Assembly (NCBI RefSeq): GCF_963921235.1
Contig: NC_086108.1
Location: forward strand, 24,366,001-24,430,000
Length of the DNA stretch: 64,000 nucleotides
Source of the DNA: Mobula hypostoma
Taxonomy: Eukaryota
Reading direction: 5' to 3'
Position numbers and translations under genes: made by a program
The notes under the pieces: model-generated
The model's input: the letters and a program-made list of their open reading frames with translations, nothing else
Database searches by the model: none
Told to the model about the DNA's origin: nothing
In this document: positions 12,443 to 24,567 of the stretch, piece after piece
Position numbering within the stretch: the first letter of the stretch is position 1
Layout of the letters: each line of letters begins with the position of its first letter

Positions 12443-13944
12443 GACAAGAGAAAATCTGCAGATGCTGCAAATCAAAGTAACACACACAAAATGCGAGAGG
12501 AACTCAGCAGGCCAGTGAACATCAATGGAAAAGAGTAAACAGTCGATGTTTTAGGCTGAGACCCTTTAACAGGATTGGAAAAGAGAGATGAGAATCCAGA
12601 TAAAGAAGGTGGGGGGAGGGGAGGAAGAAGTACAAGGTAGTAGGTGATAGGAGAAACTGGGAGAGGAAGGGGGTGAAGTAAAGAATTGGGAAAATTGATA
12701 GATAAAAGAGATAAAGAGCTGGAGAAGGGGTATCTGATGGGAGAGGACAGAAGGCCATGGAAGGGAAGAGGGAGGAGCACCAGAGAGAGGTGATGGGCAG
12801 GTAAGTAGATGAGGCTAGAGAGGGAAATGGGAATGGAGAATGGTGAAGTGGGGGCAATTACTGCAAGTTTGAGTAATTGATCTTCATGTCATCAGGTTGG
12901 AAGCTACTCAGATGGAATATAAGGTGTTGCTCCTTCAACCTGAGTGTGGCCTTACCCTGACAGTGGTACAGCAGGCCATGGACTGATATGTTGGCATAGG
13001 AATGGGAAGTAGAAATAAAATGGGTGGCCACAAGGAGATCCTGCTTTTTTTAGCAGATGGAGCATAGGTGCTCAGTAAAACACTCTCCTAATCTATGTTG
13101 GATCTCACCAATATGCAGAAGGCCACACCAGGAACATCGGATACAGTAGATGAACCTAATAGACTCACAGATGATGTGTTGTCTCATGCTGAAAGACTGG
13201 GGCCCTGAATGGTAGTGAGGCAGATGGTGTAGGGGCAGGTGTAGCACTTGTTCCACTTGTAAGGATAAGTACCAGGAGGGAGATCAGTGGGGAGGGATGA
13301 ATGGAGAAGGGAGTCGCGTAGAGAGCGAAATGGGGCCAGGTGGGAGAGGGAGGGAAAAGTTTGCTTGGAGTTGGGATTGCATTGGAGACTGCGGAAGTTA
13401 TGGAGAATTATGTGCTGAATGTGGAGGTTGGCGGGCTGGTGAGTGGATGGGGTGAGGGCAGACATCAGTGAAATGAAAGAGTTGAGGGTGAGGGCAGCAT
13501 TGATGGTGGAGGAAGGAAAACCCCTTTCTTTGAAGGAGGACATCTTATTAGTTCTGGAATGAAAAGCCTCATTCTGAGAGTGGATGCAGTAGAGAGAAGA
13601 GCTGAGAGAAGGGGTTGGCATTTTTACAAGTGACAAGATGGGAAGAGGTATGGTCCAGGTAGCTGTGAGAATCAGAGAGTTTATAAAAGATATCAGTGGA
13701 TAAACTATCTCCAGAAATAAAGACAGAGAGATTGAGAAAAGAGAAATAGACCAAATAAATTTGAGAGCAGGGTGGAAGTTGGAGGCAAAGATGACCAAGT
13801 CGATGAGCTTGGCATGGGTGCAGAAAGTAGCACCAGTGCATTTGTCGATGTAGCATAGGAAAAGTTGGGGAGTGACTTCAGTGTAGGCAGGAACATCGTC
13901 TGTTCCATGTAGCCGACAAAAAGGCAGGCACAGCTGGGACCCAT
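12443..13944 (-). mobile_element. Penelope-like (Neptune-type) element, inverted arm: RT C-terminus, GIY-YIG, 3' repeat
   Basis: MGPSCACLFVGYMEQ, LCYIDKC, FASNFHPALKF, KCYTCPY, IYCIRCSWCGLLHIGEIQHRLGECFTEH on the minus strand, with frameshifts. Confidence 0.9.
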
Positions 13945-14581
13945 GAGGTAGAATATTCCCAGAAAGAGCCTCACCTTTGTTCTCCTGTGCCCGCACCTCA
14001 GTGAGTTCTGCACCCACCATGACACTGAGCTCTTCTTCCGCCGCCACTATCTGCACAGCTACTTCTTTAGCAAGGACTCTCCAGACGACACTGATGACCC
14101 CTTCTCCCATCTCCAACACTCCTCCTCTTCTTAGACATCCCGCTCTGGTCTTCTACCTTGTCTGGACCTTATTACTGCCAACTGCCAATGAGACATCAAC
14201 CATCTCAACTTTACTGCTCGTCTCTCCAATTCTAATCTCACTCCTTCTGAACACTCTGCTCTCTGCTCTCTCTGCACTAATCCTAACCCCACCATCAAAC
14301 CCGCAGAAAAGGGGGGTGCTGTGGTAGTCTGCTGGACTGACCTCTACCTTGCTGAGGCCAGCCAACGACTCTCAGACATCTCCTCGTACTTTCACCTCAA
14401 ACAGGAGCCCACTAAGGTGCACGAGGCCATTGACACCCACAGCATCACTGACCCTATTAACTCTTGAGGATCTCCTGTCCACTGCACTAACCTCATAGTT
14501 CCCTTACCTCTCACCTCCCGCTTCTATCTCTAAGATCCATAAACCTGTCTGTCCAGCTAGACCCATTGTTTCTACTTGTTC

Positions 14582-15692
14582 ACATAAAAGTTACTGGTGA
14601 ACGCAGCAGGCCAGGCAGCATCTCTAGGAAGAGGTGCAGTCGACGTTTCAGGCCGAGACCTTTTGTCAGGACTAACTGAAGGAAGAGTGAGTAAGAGATT
14701 TGAAAGTAGGAGGGGGAGCACTTAGGGCATGTGTAGCACTTGTTCTAATTCCCTCCCCCCCCTTTCTGCATTCTGCAGGGATCGCTCCCTACGTGACTCC
14801 CTTGTCCATTCGTCCCCACCATCCCTCCCCACTGATCTCCCTCCTGGCACTTATCCGTGTAAGCAGAACAAGTGCTACACATGCCCTTACACTTCCTCCC
14901 TTACCACCATTCAGGGCCCCAGTCAGTCCTTCCAGGTGAGGCGACACTTCACCTGTGAGTCGGCTGGGGTGATATACTGCGTCCGGTGCTCCCGATGTGG
15001 CCTTTTATATATTGGCGAGACCCGACGCAGACTGGGAGACCGCTTTGCTGAACACCTACGCTCTGTCCGCCAGAGAAAGCAGGATCTCCCAGTGGCCACA
15101 CATTTTAATTCCACATCCCATTCCCATTCTGACATGTCTATCCATGGCCTCCTCTACTGTAAAGATGAAGCCACACTCAGGTTGGAGGAACAACACCTTA
15201 TATTCTGTCTTGGTAGCCACCAACCTGATGGCATGAACATCGACTTCTCTAACTTCCGCTAATGCCCCACCTCCCCCTCGTACCCCATCTGTTACTTATT
15301 TTTATACACACATTCTTTCTCTCTCTCTCCTTTTTCTCCCTCTGTCCCCCTGAATATACCCCTCACCCATCCTCTGGGTCCCCCCCACCCTTGTCTTTCT
15401 TCCCGGACCTCCTGTCCCATGATCCTCTCGTATCCCCTTTTGCCTATCACCTGTCCAGCTCTTGGCTCCATCCCTCCCCATCCTGTCTTCTCCTATCATT
15501 TTGGATCTCCCCTCCCCCTCCTACTTTCAAATCCCTTACTCACTCTTCCTTCAGTTAGCCCTGACAAAGGGTCTCGGCCTGAAACGTCGACTGCACCTCG
15601 TCCTAGAGATGCTGCCTGGCCTGCTGCGTTCACCAGCAACTTTTATGTGTGTTGCTTGAATTTCCAGCATCTGCAGAATTCCTGTTGTTTGC
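14582..15692 (+). mobile_element. Young 5'-truncated PLE with inverted 3'-repeat arm, nested in an older PLE; 14-bp TSD
   Basis: gtttctacttgttc at 14568-14581 and 15693-15706; 14582-14716 is the reverse complement of about 15515-15648. Confidence 0.92.
14747..15262 (+). CDS. PLE GIY-YIG endonuclease domain with upstream Cys motif (5'-truncated, open frame)
   Basis: YPCKQNKCYTCPY...FTCESAGVIYCVRCSRCGLLYIGETRRRLGDRFAEH...PVATHFN...RLEEQHLIFCLGSHQPDGMN. Confidence 0.9.
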   Translation, partial: NSLPPLSAFCRDRSLRDSLVHSSPPSLPTDLPPGTYPCKQNKCYTCPYTSSLTTIQGPSQSFQVRRHFTCESAGVIYCVRCSRCGLLYIGETRRRLGDRFAEHLRSVRQRKQDLPVATHFNSTSHSHSDMSIHGLLYCKDEATLRLEEQHLIFCLGSHQPDGMNIDFSNFR

Positions 15693-17574
15693 GTTTCTAC
15701 TTGTTCCTGCCCCACCGAGCTTATATCTGCATACCTTGACTCTGTTTTATCACCTGGTTCAGTCCATTCCTACCTACATCTGTGATGTTCCCTGCCCTCG
15801 TCATCTCACTTTCACTATGGATGTCCAGTCCCTATACACCTTCATCCTCCAGCAGGAAGGCCTTAAAGCCCTCCTCTTCGTTCTGGACACCAGATCAAAC
15901 CAGTTCCCTCCACCACACCAAATCAAATTAGTTCCCTCTACCACCACTCTCCTCCATCTGGCTGAACTGGTCCACACTTCTGATATTTTCTCCTTTGGCT
16001 CCTTCCACTTCCTTCACACAAAAGCTGTAGCCACTGGCACGCACAGGGGTCCCAGCTATATCTGCCTTTTAGTCAGCTACGTAGAACAGTCAATGTTCTC
16101 AGCCTACACCGGTATCAATCCCCAAATTTTCCTGTGCTACATCGACTGCATTGGTTCTGCTTACTGCGCCAATGCCGAACTGGTTGACTTCATCATCTTG
16201 CCTCCAACTTCCACCCTGCCCTCAAATTTACCTGGTCTATTTATTCATTCTTGTTCTTTATGTCTCTATCTCTGGAGACAGTTTATCCACTGGTATCCTT
16301 TATAAACTCACTGACTCTCACTATTCCTCTTCCCACTCTGTCACTTGTAAAAGTGCCATCCCCTTCTCTCGATTCCTCCGTCTCTGCCACATCTGCTCTC
16401 AGGATGATGCTTTTCATTCCAGAACGAATGAGATGTCCTCCATCTTCAAAGAAAGGGGCTTTCTTTCATTCACCATCAATGCTGCCCTCAACTGCATCCC
16501 TTCCATTTCACGGATATCTGTCCTCACCCCATTCACCCACTACCCCACCAGGGATAAGGTTCCTCTTGTCCTCACCTGCCACCCCACCAGCCTCCGCGTC
16601 CAGCGCGTAATTCTCTGTAACTTCTGCCATCTCCAACAGGATCCTACCACCAAGCACATCTTTTCCTCCCCTCCCCAATTTCCGCTTTCCCCAGGGATCA
16701 CTCCCTGCACAACTCCCTTCTCCATTCATCCCTCTTCACTGATCTTAATCCTGATACTTAACCTTGCAGACGAAACAAGTGCCACACCTGCCCCTACACC
16801 TCTTCTATCACTACCATTCAGGACCCCAAATAGCCCTTTGAGGTGAGGTGACACTTCAACTGAGAGTCTTTTGGAGCCACCTATTGCATCCATTGCTCCT
16901 AGTGTGGCCTCCTGTATATCAGTGAGACTCAACGTAGGTTTGGAGACCTCTTCAACGAGCACCTGTGCTCCACCTGCCAGAAAAAACAGCATCTCTGGGT
17001 GACCACCCATTTAACTTCTAGTCAGTCCATTGGCTCCTCAATGCCGCGATGAGGCCATACTCAGGCTCGAAGAGCAACACTTCATATTCAGTCTGGGTAG
17101 CCTCCAACCTGATGACATGGAACATCGATTTCACAAACTTCCAGTAATTGCCCCCCTTCACCATTCCCCATTCCCATTTCCCTTTCTCACCTCATCTATT
17201 TGCCTACCTATCACCTCCCTCTGATGCTCCTCCCCCTTCCCTTTCTTCCATGGCTTTTTCCTATCAGATTCCCCTTTATCTATTTCACCAATCAACCTCC
17301 CAGCTCTTTAATCTGCCTCTCCCTCTCTCCTGGTTTCACCTATCACCTACTACCTTGTACTTCTTCCTCCCCTCCCGCTACCTCTTTACTCTGACATCTC
17401 ATCTCTCTTTCCAGTGCTACTGAAGGGCTTCAGCCCAAAATGTCGACTGTTTACTCTTTTCCATAGATGCTGCCTGGCCTGCTGAGTTGCATTTTGTGTG
17501 TGTTTAGAAACGAGCCCTAGGAACCACCACCTCACCCATAAGTCATCTACTTTGTGAGGTACAAATTACATCAG

Positions 17575-19470
17575 GGGATTTTTATAATGCAGTTAGATTG
17601 GGAAAATCAAGTTGGGGATGGATCCAAAAAAAAGAAATCTGTATAATGCCTATGAGATTTCTTTTTAAGAGCAGCTTGTGGTTGAGGCCACGAGGGAAAA
17701 GCATTTCAAGATCTCTGTTGTGTAATGAACCCGATTTGATTAGAGAGCTTCTGGTGAAGGAGTCTTTTGGAGGCAGTGATCATAATTTGATAGAATTAGC
17801 CGTGCAGTCTGAGGGGGAGTAGCTAAAATAAGATGTTTCAGTATTGCAGTGGAGTTAAGGGAACTACAGGAGTATGAGAGAGGAGCTGGCTAAAGCTGAC
17901 TGGAAGAGGAATCTATCAGGGTTAATGGCAGAACAGCAGTAGTTGGAGTTTCAGGGACAAATTCAGAAGATCCAGGAAAAACTAGTCTCTAAGAGGTTGT
18001 ATTGTAATGAAGGTTGAGGCAACAGTGACTGACAATGGAAGTCAAAGACACCATAAAAGCAAAAACAAGAGCATATAATATAGCAAAAATTAATGAGAAG
18101 CTAGGGGATTGGAAAGCTTTTAAAAAGCAACATAAAGCAACTAAAAAGGCAATAAGGAGAGAAGAGATGGAATATGAAGGTAAGCTAGCCAATAATAAAA
18201 CAAAAGATACCAGAAGCTTTTTTTTCCCAGATAAATAAAGAGAGAAGAGTGGCAAAAGCTAATATCAGAACACTGGAAAATGATGCTGCTGGGGGACAAT
18301 GAAATGGTGGACAAACTCATGAAGTAATTAGCATCAGCTTTCATTGTGAAGGACTCCAGCAATATGCCAGAAATTTAAGTGTTAGGAGGCAGAAGTGAGC
18401 GTAGTTGCCATTACTAGGGATAAGGTGCTTAGGGAGCTGAAGTTGGAACATCTGAAGTTAGCTAAATCACCTGGATCAGATGGACTACAGCCCAGGGTTC
18501 TGAGACAGAGTCAGAGATAGTGGAGGCATGAGTAGTAATATTTCAAGAATCACTAGGTTCTAGAATGGTCTCAGAGGTCTGAAAAATTGCAAATGCCACT
18601 CCACTCTTGAAGTAGGGAAAGAGGCAAAAGGCAGGAAATTATAGGCCATTTAACTTAAATTCAGTGGCTGGGAAAATATTGGAATCCATTATTAAGGATG
18701 TGGTTTCGGGGTACTTGGAGGCACATGATAAAATAAGCTAAAATCAGCATGGTTCCTGAACGGAAATCTTGCCTGACAAATCTGCTGCAATTCTTTGGGG
18801 AAATTACAGGCGGGGTAGACAAAGAAGGGTCAGTGGATGTTGATTACTTGCAGTTTAGGAAGGCCTTTGACAAAGTGCCACACATGAGGCTGCTTAACAT
18901 GTTAAGAGCCCATGGTATTACAGGGAAGGTACTGGAATGGACAGAAAATCAGCTGACTGACCCAAGGCAAAAAAAGAAAACAAAGGGTGCCTTTTCTGGT
19001 TCGCTGTGGCGATAAGTGGTATTCTGCAGGGGTCAGTGTTAGATCCACTTCTTTTCACATTATATGTCAATGATTTGGACAGAATTGAGAGCTTTGTGGT
19101 CAAGTTTACAGATGATTCAAAGATAGATGGAGGACCAGGTCATGTTGTAAAAGCAGGGAGTCTACAGAAGTACTTTGATAGATGAGAAAAATGGGCAAGA
19201 AAGTGGATGGATACAATGTAGAGAAGTGTATGGTCATGCACTTTGGTAGAAGGAATGAAGGTATAGATTATTTTCTAAATGATGAGTAAATTCAAAAATC
19301 TGAGGTACAAAGCTCATTGTCCAGGATTCCCTAAAGGTTAACTTGCAAGTTGAGCCAGTGGTAAGGAAGGCAAATGCAATGCTAGCATTATTATTGTGAG
19401 GACTAGAATATAAAAGCAAGGACGTAATGCTGAGGTTTTATAAGGCATTGGTCTGACCACACGTTTTGGC
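17575..19470 (+). mobile_element. Old CR1 LINE ORF2 fragment (endonuclease end to RT)
   Basis: GGSDHNLI, KSCLTNLLQFF, DVDYLQFRKAFDKVPH, QGSVLDPLLF motifs; many stops. Confidence 0.9.
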
Positions 19471-19866
19471 CCCCTATTTCTATGCCTCCCTCATTATGCA
19501 CAATATCTCCACCATTCACGTCATTCACAAATTTATCAATCATATTTCCTACATTCACATCCAAGTTGTTATTATAATGCATAATCAACAATAGCCCCAA
19601 CACAGATTCCTGCAATAAAACCTTGGTCACAGCCTTCCAATCAGAAAAGCATTATTCCATCATTACCATCTGCGGCCTGTTACCAAATCGTATTATTTAG
19701 TATGTGCAACTCCAGTGAGCAGTTGCTGCATCCTTCATAATTATAGAAAGCTTAATCAAAATTCAGATCATTCCAGCATCAAAAATGCATTTATCTTTCT
19801 CTTGAACAGCTACAGAATTCTGATGAATAATGGTTAACATAAAGTAGTAACTAGCTCTGCATCAAG

Positions 19867-19944
19867 CAAGGCTTCCCAAACGGGTTGATGGACCCCTTGC
19901 TTAATGGTATTGATCCACATCATAAAAAAAGTTGGGATCCCATG
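19867..19944. mobile_element. hAT/Charlie-type MITE, second copy
   Basis: caaggcttcccaaac...gaccccttgcttaatggtattg...aaaaaagttgggatcccatg, homologous to 7883-7961. Confidence 0.65.
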
Positions 19945-20585
19945 GTTTAGAGACACCACTATGACATAAAGAGCATTTCCAACAGGTCCTGTTTTCATTT
20001 TGGATTTCTAGGTTCTCCAGTGATTTGCTTTAGTTTAAGTGAACTGAGATGTGGTATTACTATTTTATCGTTGTATTGATTTAACAATGAACATTTCAGA
20101 AAGCCACAAGTGGAATTGGAGAACCATATATATCAAATTTCTCTGTTATCTTCCATTTTCAGAAACAAGGGCTTTTATTTTCCATTTGCTCCCCACCTTA
20201 ATTCTCATGCTGGGATAGAACTATTATTTATCAAGTTCTTGTGCCTGTGTTGAAGAAGAGAACGCTGAGCTTTTCCACCATTGTCATCATCATTTACTGC
20301 TACGATATCCACACAATAATTTGTATTTCAGGAATTAGGAGAGAAGACTGTGGATGATGTTTCCTGACACAGAAAGAGCAAAGACAGCTACTTTCTTTTC
20401 CGGCTGATATCAGCTGAGTGCCTAGATTTGAACCCAAGAGCTTTCATGCTCATAGACCACTGCTCTAACCAGAGCAGGGATGTGTGAACTACTGCAAATT
20501 TTCCTCTTGCAGAGATAATGAATCTCTGGAATTCTCTATCTCAGAGGCTGGTGTAGGGTAGATTATGGTGTGTATTTAAAGTGTT

Positions 20586-20882
20586 GGTGCATAGCCAAGT
20601 GGTTAAGGCGTCCGCCTAGTGATTTGAAGGTCGCTAGTTCGAGCCTTGGCTGAGGCAGCGTGTGTGTGCTTGAGCAAGGCACTTAACCACACATTGGTCT
20701 GCAACGACACCGATGCCAAGCTGTATCGATCCTATTGCCCTTCTCTTGGACAACATGGCGTGGAGAGGGGAGACTTGCAGCATGGGCAACTGCTGGTCTT
20801 CCATACAACCTTGCCCAGGCCTGTGCCCTGGAAACCTTCCAAGGCACAAATCCATGGTCTAATGAGACTAATGGATGCCTAT
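20586..20882 (+). mobile_element. tRNA-derived SINE with CORE-like centre and probable RTE-type tail, inserted in a CR1 3' remnant
   Basis: A-box tagccaagtgg, B-box agttcgagcc, CORE-like cttgagcaaggcacttaacc; CR1 3' sequence on both sides. Confidence 0.7.
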
Positions 20883-23136
20883 AAATTGGAAATAATTTTG
20901 TTTAATGAAAGATCAGGGAATTATAGCAGAGGTCAACCAGGAATGGCACAGCAGTATCAGGAAGCCAAGTAACCTACTGATGCTTCTATTTTTTTTAATG
21001 TTCTTGTGTTGTTAATTACATTGATTTTAATGTTATGTATATGGAACATAAGCAACCTGGTGCTTAGAAGAGGAGAGTTAAGGGTCATATGGCAAAGAAG
21101 CACAAATATAACATTAAAAATCATCTACATCTGCAAGAATACTTTAATCTTTCAAAATCTTTATCCCAATTACATCACCTACATATTAGCATAGTGACAC
21201 AATGTACCAAATGAACAATATGTCCAACAAAAATGTTCATAATGTGTGAAATAGCAAAAAAAGACAGATGGCTGTGGTGAACAAAAGCTATTTGCATTTT
21301 CTTCCAAATAACTTATATGTCATATACAACTAAAAGCCCTAATGAAAAATTCATTAATCTAATTTCAACCTTTCATGCAGCCAAACAATAAAAAGCACAA
21401 TCATACTGCAACAATTTCAGACCATTGTACAGCTTTTGCTGATTTTTATTCGTACTCCAACTCAAAATCCTAAGCAAGTTGCAATCAATGTTAAAGACTT
21501 CATTTGCTTTTGGAAAATATTTGAGCAGATAAGAAAGGACAAATGGAGAGAAAATCCACTTCCTGTTCCTGGAGTTAAATGTAATTCAGGGGTGAACTAG
21601 AAAGTGGCAGAACAAATAAGTAGAGTGAAATAATATTTCAGAGTAGACAGTTAATAAAATTTCTCCAGGTGTGATAGAGCTGTTGGGGAGGGTATAAACT
21701 AAATTGGCAGGAGGATGGAAGCAGAATAGTTGGGCAGAGGATGGGGCAGTTGGTATACAACTAGATGCGGTGTGCAGTAAGTCTGTGAGGGAGGACAGCC
21801 ATATGATGGGGCAAAACTGCAGTCAGTGAGATAAATTGAAGTGTAACATGGGGGGGGGGGTGCAAAAGGATGATGAATACAAGAATGAAGGTGTTGTATT
21901 TGAATGCACACAGCATATAGAACCTGGTAGATAATCATGTAGCACAGTTAGAGTTTGGCAGGTATGACTTGTGGATTCACTGAGTTGTGGCTGAAATAAG
22001 ATCTTAGTTGGAAGCTTAATATCCAAGGATATACTTTGATTCAAAAGGACAGGCGGGTAGGCGGGGGGGGTGGGTGGCTCTGTCGGTTAAAAAGTGAAAT
22101 CAAATCCTTAGAAAGAGGTGATATTGAATCGGAAGATGTAGTACCATTGTAGTTAGAGTTAAGAAACTGCAAGGGTAAAACGACCCTAATGGGAGTTATA
22201 TACAGTCACTGAACAGTAGTCACCGAACAGTAGCCAGGATGTGAGATACAAATTACAATAGGAGATAGAAAATGCAAATAGGGAAGGTAATGTTATGATA
22301 GTTGTGGGGGATTTCAATATGCAGGTAGATGGGAAAAAAATCAGGTTGGTGCTGTATCCCAAGTGAGAGGATTTTGTGGAATGTCTAAAAGATGGATCTT
22401 TAGAGCATTCTGGGGTTGAACCCAGTCAGGGAAAGACAATCCTTGATTGAGTGTTGTGCAATGATTGGGAAGCTTAAGGTAAAGGAACCCTTCAGTACAA
22501 TGAACATAATATGATAGAATTCACCCTGCAACTTGAGAGGGAGAACCTAAAGTCAGATGGATCAGTGGAGTAAAGCGAATTACAGAGGCAAGAGAGGAGT
22601 TGGCCAAAGTTGATAGGAAGGGGACATTAGCAGGGATGATGGCAGAGCAGCAATGATTGGAGTTCTGGGGGCCTATCAGAAGGGACAGGATAGATACAAC
22701 ACAATGATGAAATAGCATTTTACAGGGAGGATAAGGCAACCTGGCTGACAAGGAAAGTCATAGACAACATAAAAGCAAAAGCAACATACAACATAGCAAA
22801 ATATTGTCTGAAATTAGAGGATTGGGAAGCTTTTAAAAAACAATAGAAGGCAATTAAGAAAGCTGTAAAGAAAGAAAAGATAAAATATGAAGGTCACCTA
22901 GCCAAAAAGAGGAGACCAAACATTTTTTCCAGAAATATAAAGAGTAAAGGAGAGGTGAGAGTGGATATCAGACTGCTGAAAAATGACATCTAATAGGAAA
23001 TAATGGAGGTCAAAGAAATGGCAGATGAGCTGAATAAATATTTTGCATCAACCTTCACTATGGAAGACACTATCAGTATCCAGAAATTCGAGAATGTCCG
23101 GGGGGCAGAAGTGAGTGCAGCTGCTATTACTTGGGA

Positions 23137-23607
23137 GACTTCTGGTAAAGGTGGTGACATGCTCGGACGCAGTGGCCTCTCAAGGGGAAACCAAATGAGT
23201 TTTTGTCCTTTTTACGATCGCAAGAAAATACTGGTCTTTAAGAACGTTTGGGTTCTGCAGATCTATCTCATCAGTGAGCGGCTTGTTGGCGGAGGAACTG
23301 GACTTGGCCTGATACAGGAAGGCATTGAAGGCATTAGCATGGTTCCATCTGTCGAATGACAAGCTGGATTGTGTGTAAGAGGTCATCTGCAGACTGATGG
23401 GAACTACGCCATCAACTTATGTAACGTGTCATTGAGGAAATTGGCCTATATATATTTTGAGTGACTGCGTTTGCTTGCTACCTTAAGCGTGCTGTGTGTG
23501 CCTTATTTTGTGGTGTGCTGTGTATGTCTTGCACCTTGGCCCTCGAGGAATACTGCTTCTTTCAGCTGTATTCATGTATGGTTAAACGATAATTAAACTT
23601 GAACTTC
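23137..23607 (+). mobile_element. Non-autonomous SINE-like retroelement inserted in CR1
   Basis: Interrupts CR1 (attacttggga | agaaagtgct); GC-rich head and ttaaacttgaact tail. Confidence 0.6.
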
Positions 23608-24276
23608 AGAAAGTGCTTTGGACTTTGAACGATCTGAAGGTAGATACATCATGTTGGCCAGTTAGACTAGACCCCATGGTTCTGAAAGTGCTGGATGAAG
23701 AGATTACAGAGGACTGATCACTCAAGAATCACTAGATTCTGGATTGGTTCCAGAGGAATGGGAAATTGCAAATGTCACTCCACTCTTTAAGAAGGGATGG
23801 AAGCAAAAGACAGAAAATTATAGGCCAGTTAGCTGAACTACAGCGGTTGGGAAGCTATTGGAGTCCATTAAGGATGAGTTTTCAGGGTACTTGGAGGCAC
23901 ATGATAAAATGGGCCGATGCCCGCATGGACTCCTCAAGGGAGAATCTTGCCTGACAAATTGTTTGGAATTCTTTAAGGAAATTACAAGCAGGATGGATAA
24001 ACAAGTCAGCAGATGTTGCTTACTAGGATTTTCAGAAGGCCTTTGACAAGGTGCTGCACCTGAGGCTGCTTAACAAGATAAGAGCCCATTGTATTACAGG
24101 AAAGACACGAGCATGGATAGAAGACTGACTGTCTGGCAAGAAGCCAAATGTGGGAATTAAGGGTGTCTTTTTTGGTTGGCTGATGGTAATTAATGGTCTT
24201 CCATAGGGGTCGGTGTTGGGGCCACTTCTTTTCTCATTAAATGTCAATGATTTGGATGACGGAAACGATGGCTTTA

Positions 24277-24567
24277 TTTACAAACGTATTTATTGAGCTA
24301 CGGTACAGAACAGGCCCTTCCACTCCTCAAGCTGCACCAGTCAGCAGCCCCCAGTTTAATGTTAACTTAACTGTGGGACAGTTTATAATGACCAATTAAC
24401 CAACAAACAAGCATTTCTTAGTACTGTGGGAGGAAACTGGAACACCTGGAAGAAATCCTATGCATTCCACAGTGAGGATGTAAAAACTCCTTATGGATGA
24501 CGTCGGAATTGAACTCCAAACTCCAATGACCCAAGCTGTAATAGCATCGCACTATACTATCATGGCA
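24277..24567 (-). mobile_element. HE1-like V-SINE nested in CR1
   Basis: Homologous to 7453-7746; splits CR1 at gatggcttt | tgtggccaag. Confidence 0.8.

Larger units (their letters stand above)
13945..17503 (+). mobile_element. Penelope-like (Neptune-type) element, long decayed arm, interrupted by a younger PLE
   Basis: LTFV...ELFFRR N-terminal region, RPIVSTCSCPTELISAYLD, FTMDVQSLYT, GPSYICLLVSYVEQ, CYIDC, GIY-YIG remnant and 3' repeat ending tgtgtgtgtt. Confidence 0.9.

Noticed and set aside
14729..14746. Start of the 177-aa GIY-YIG ORF as a standalone gene
   Set aside because: The N-terminal MCSTCS comes from an inverted junction fragment; the ORF is a truncated PLE domain.
20415..20655. 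tRNA genes (20586-20655 plus strand; about 20415-20470 minus strand)
   Set aside because: A and B boxes are present but there is no proper acceptor stem or cloverleaf; these are SINE heads.
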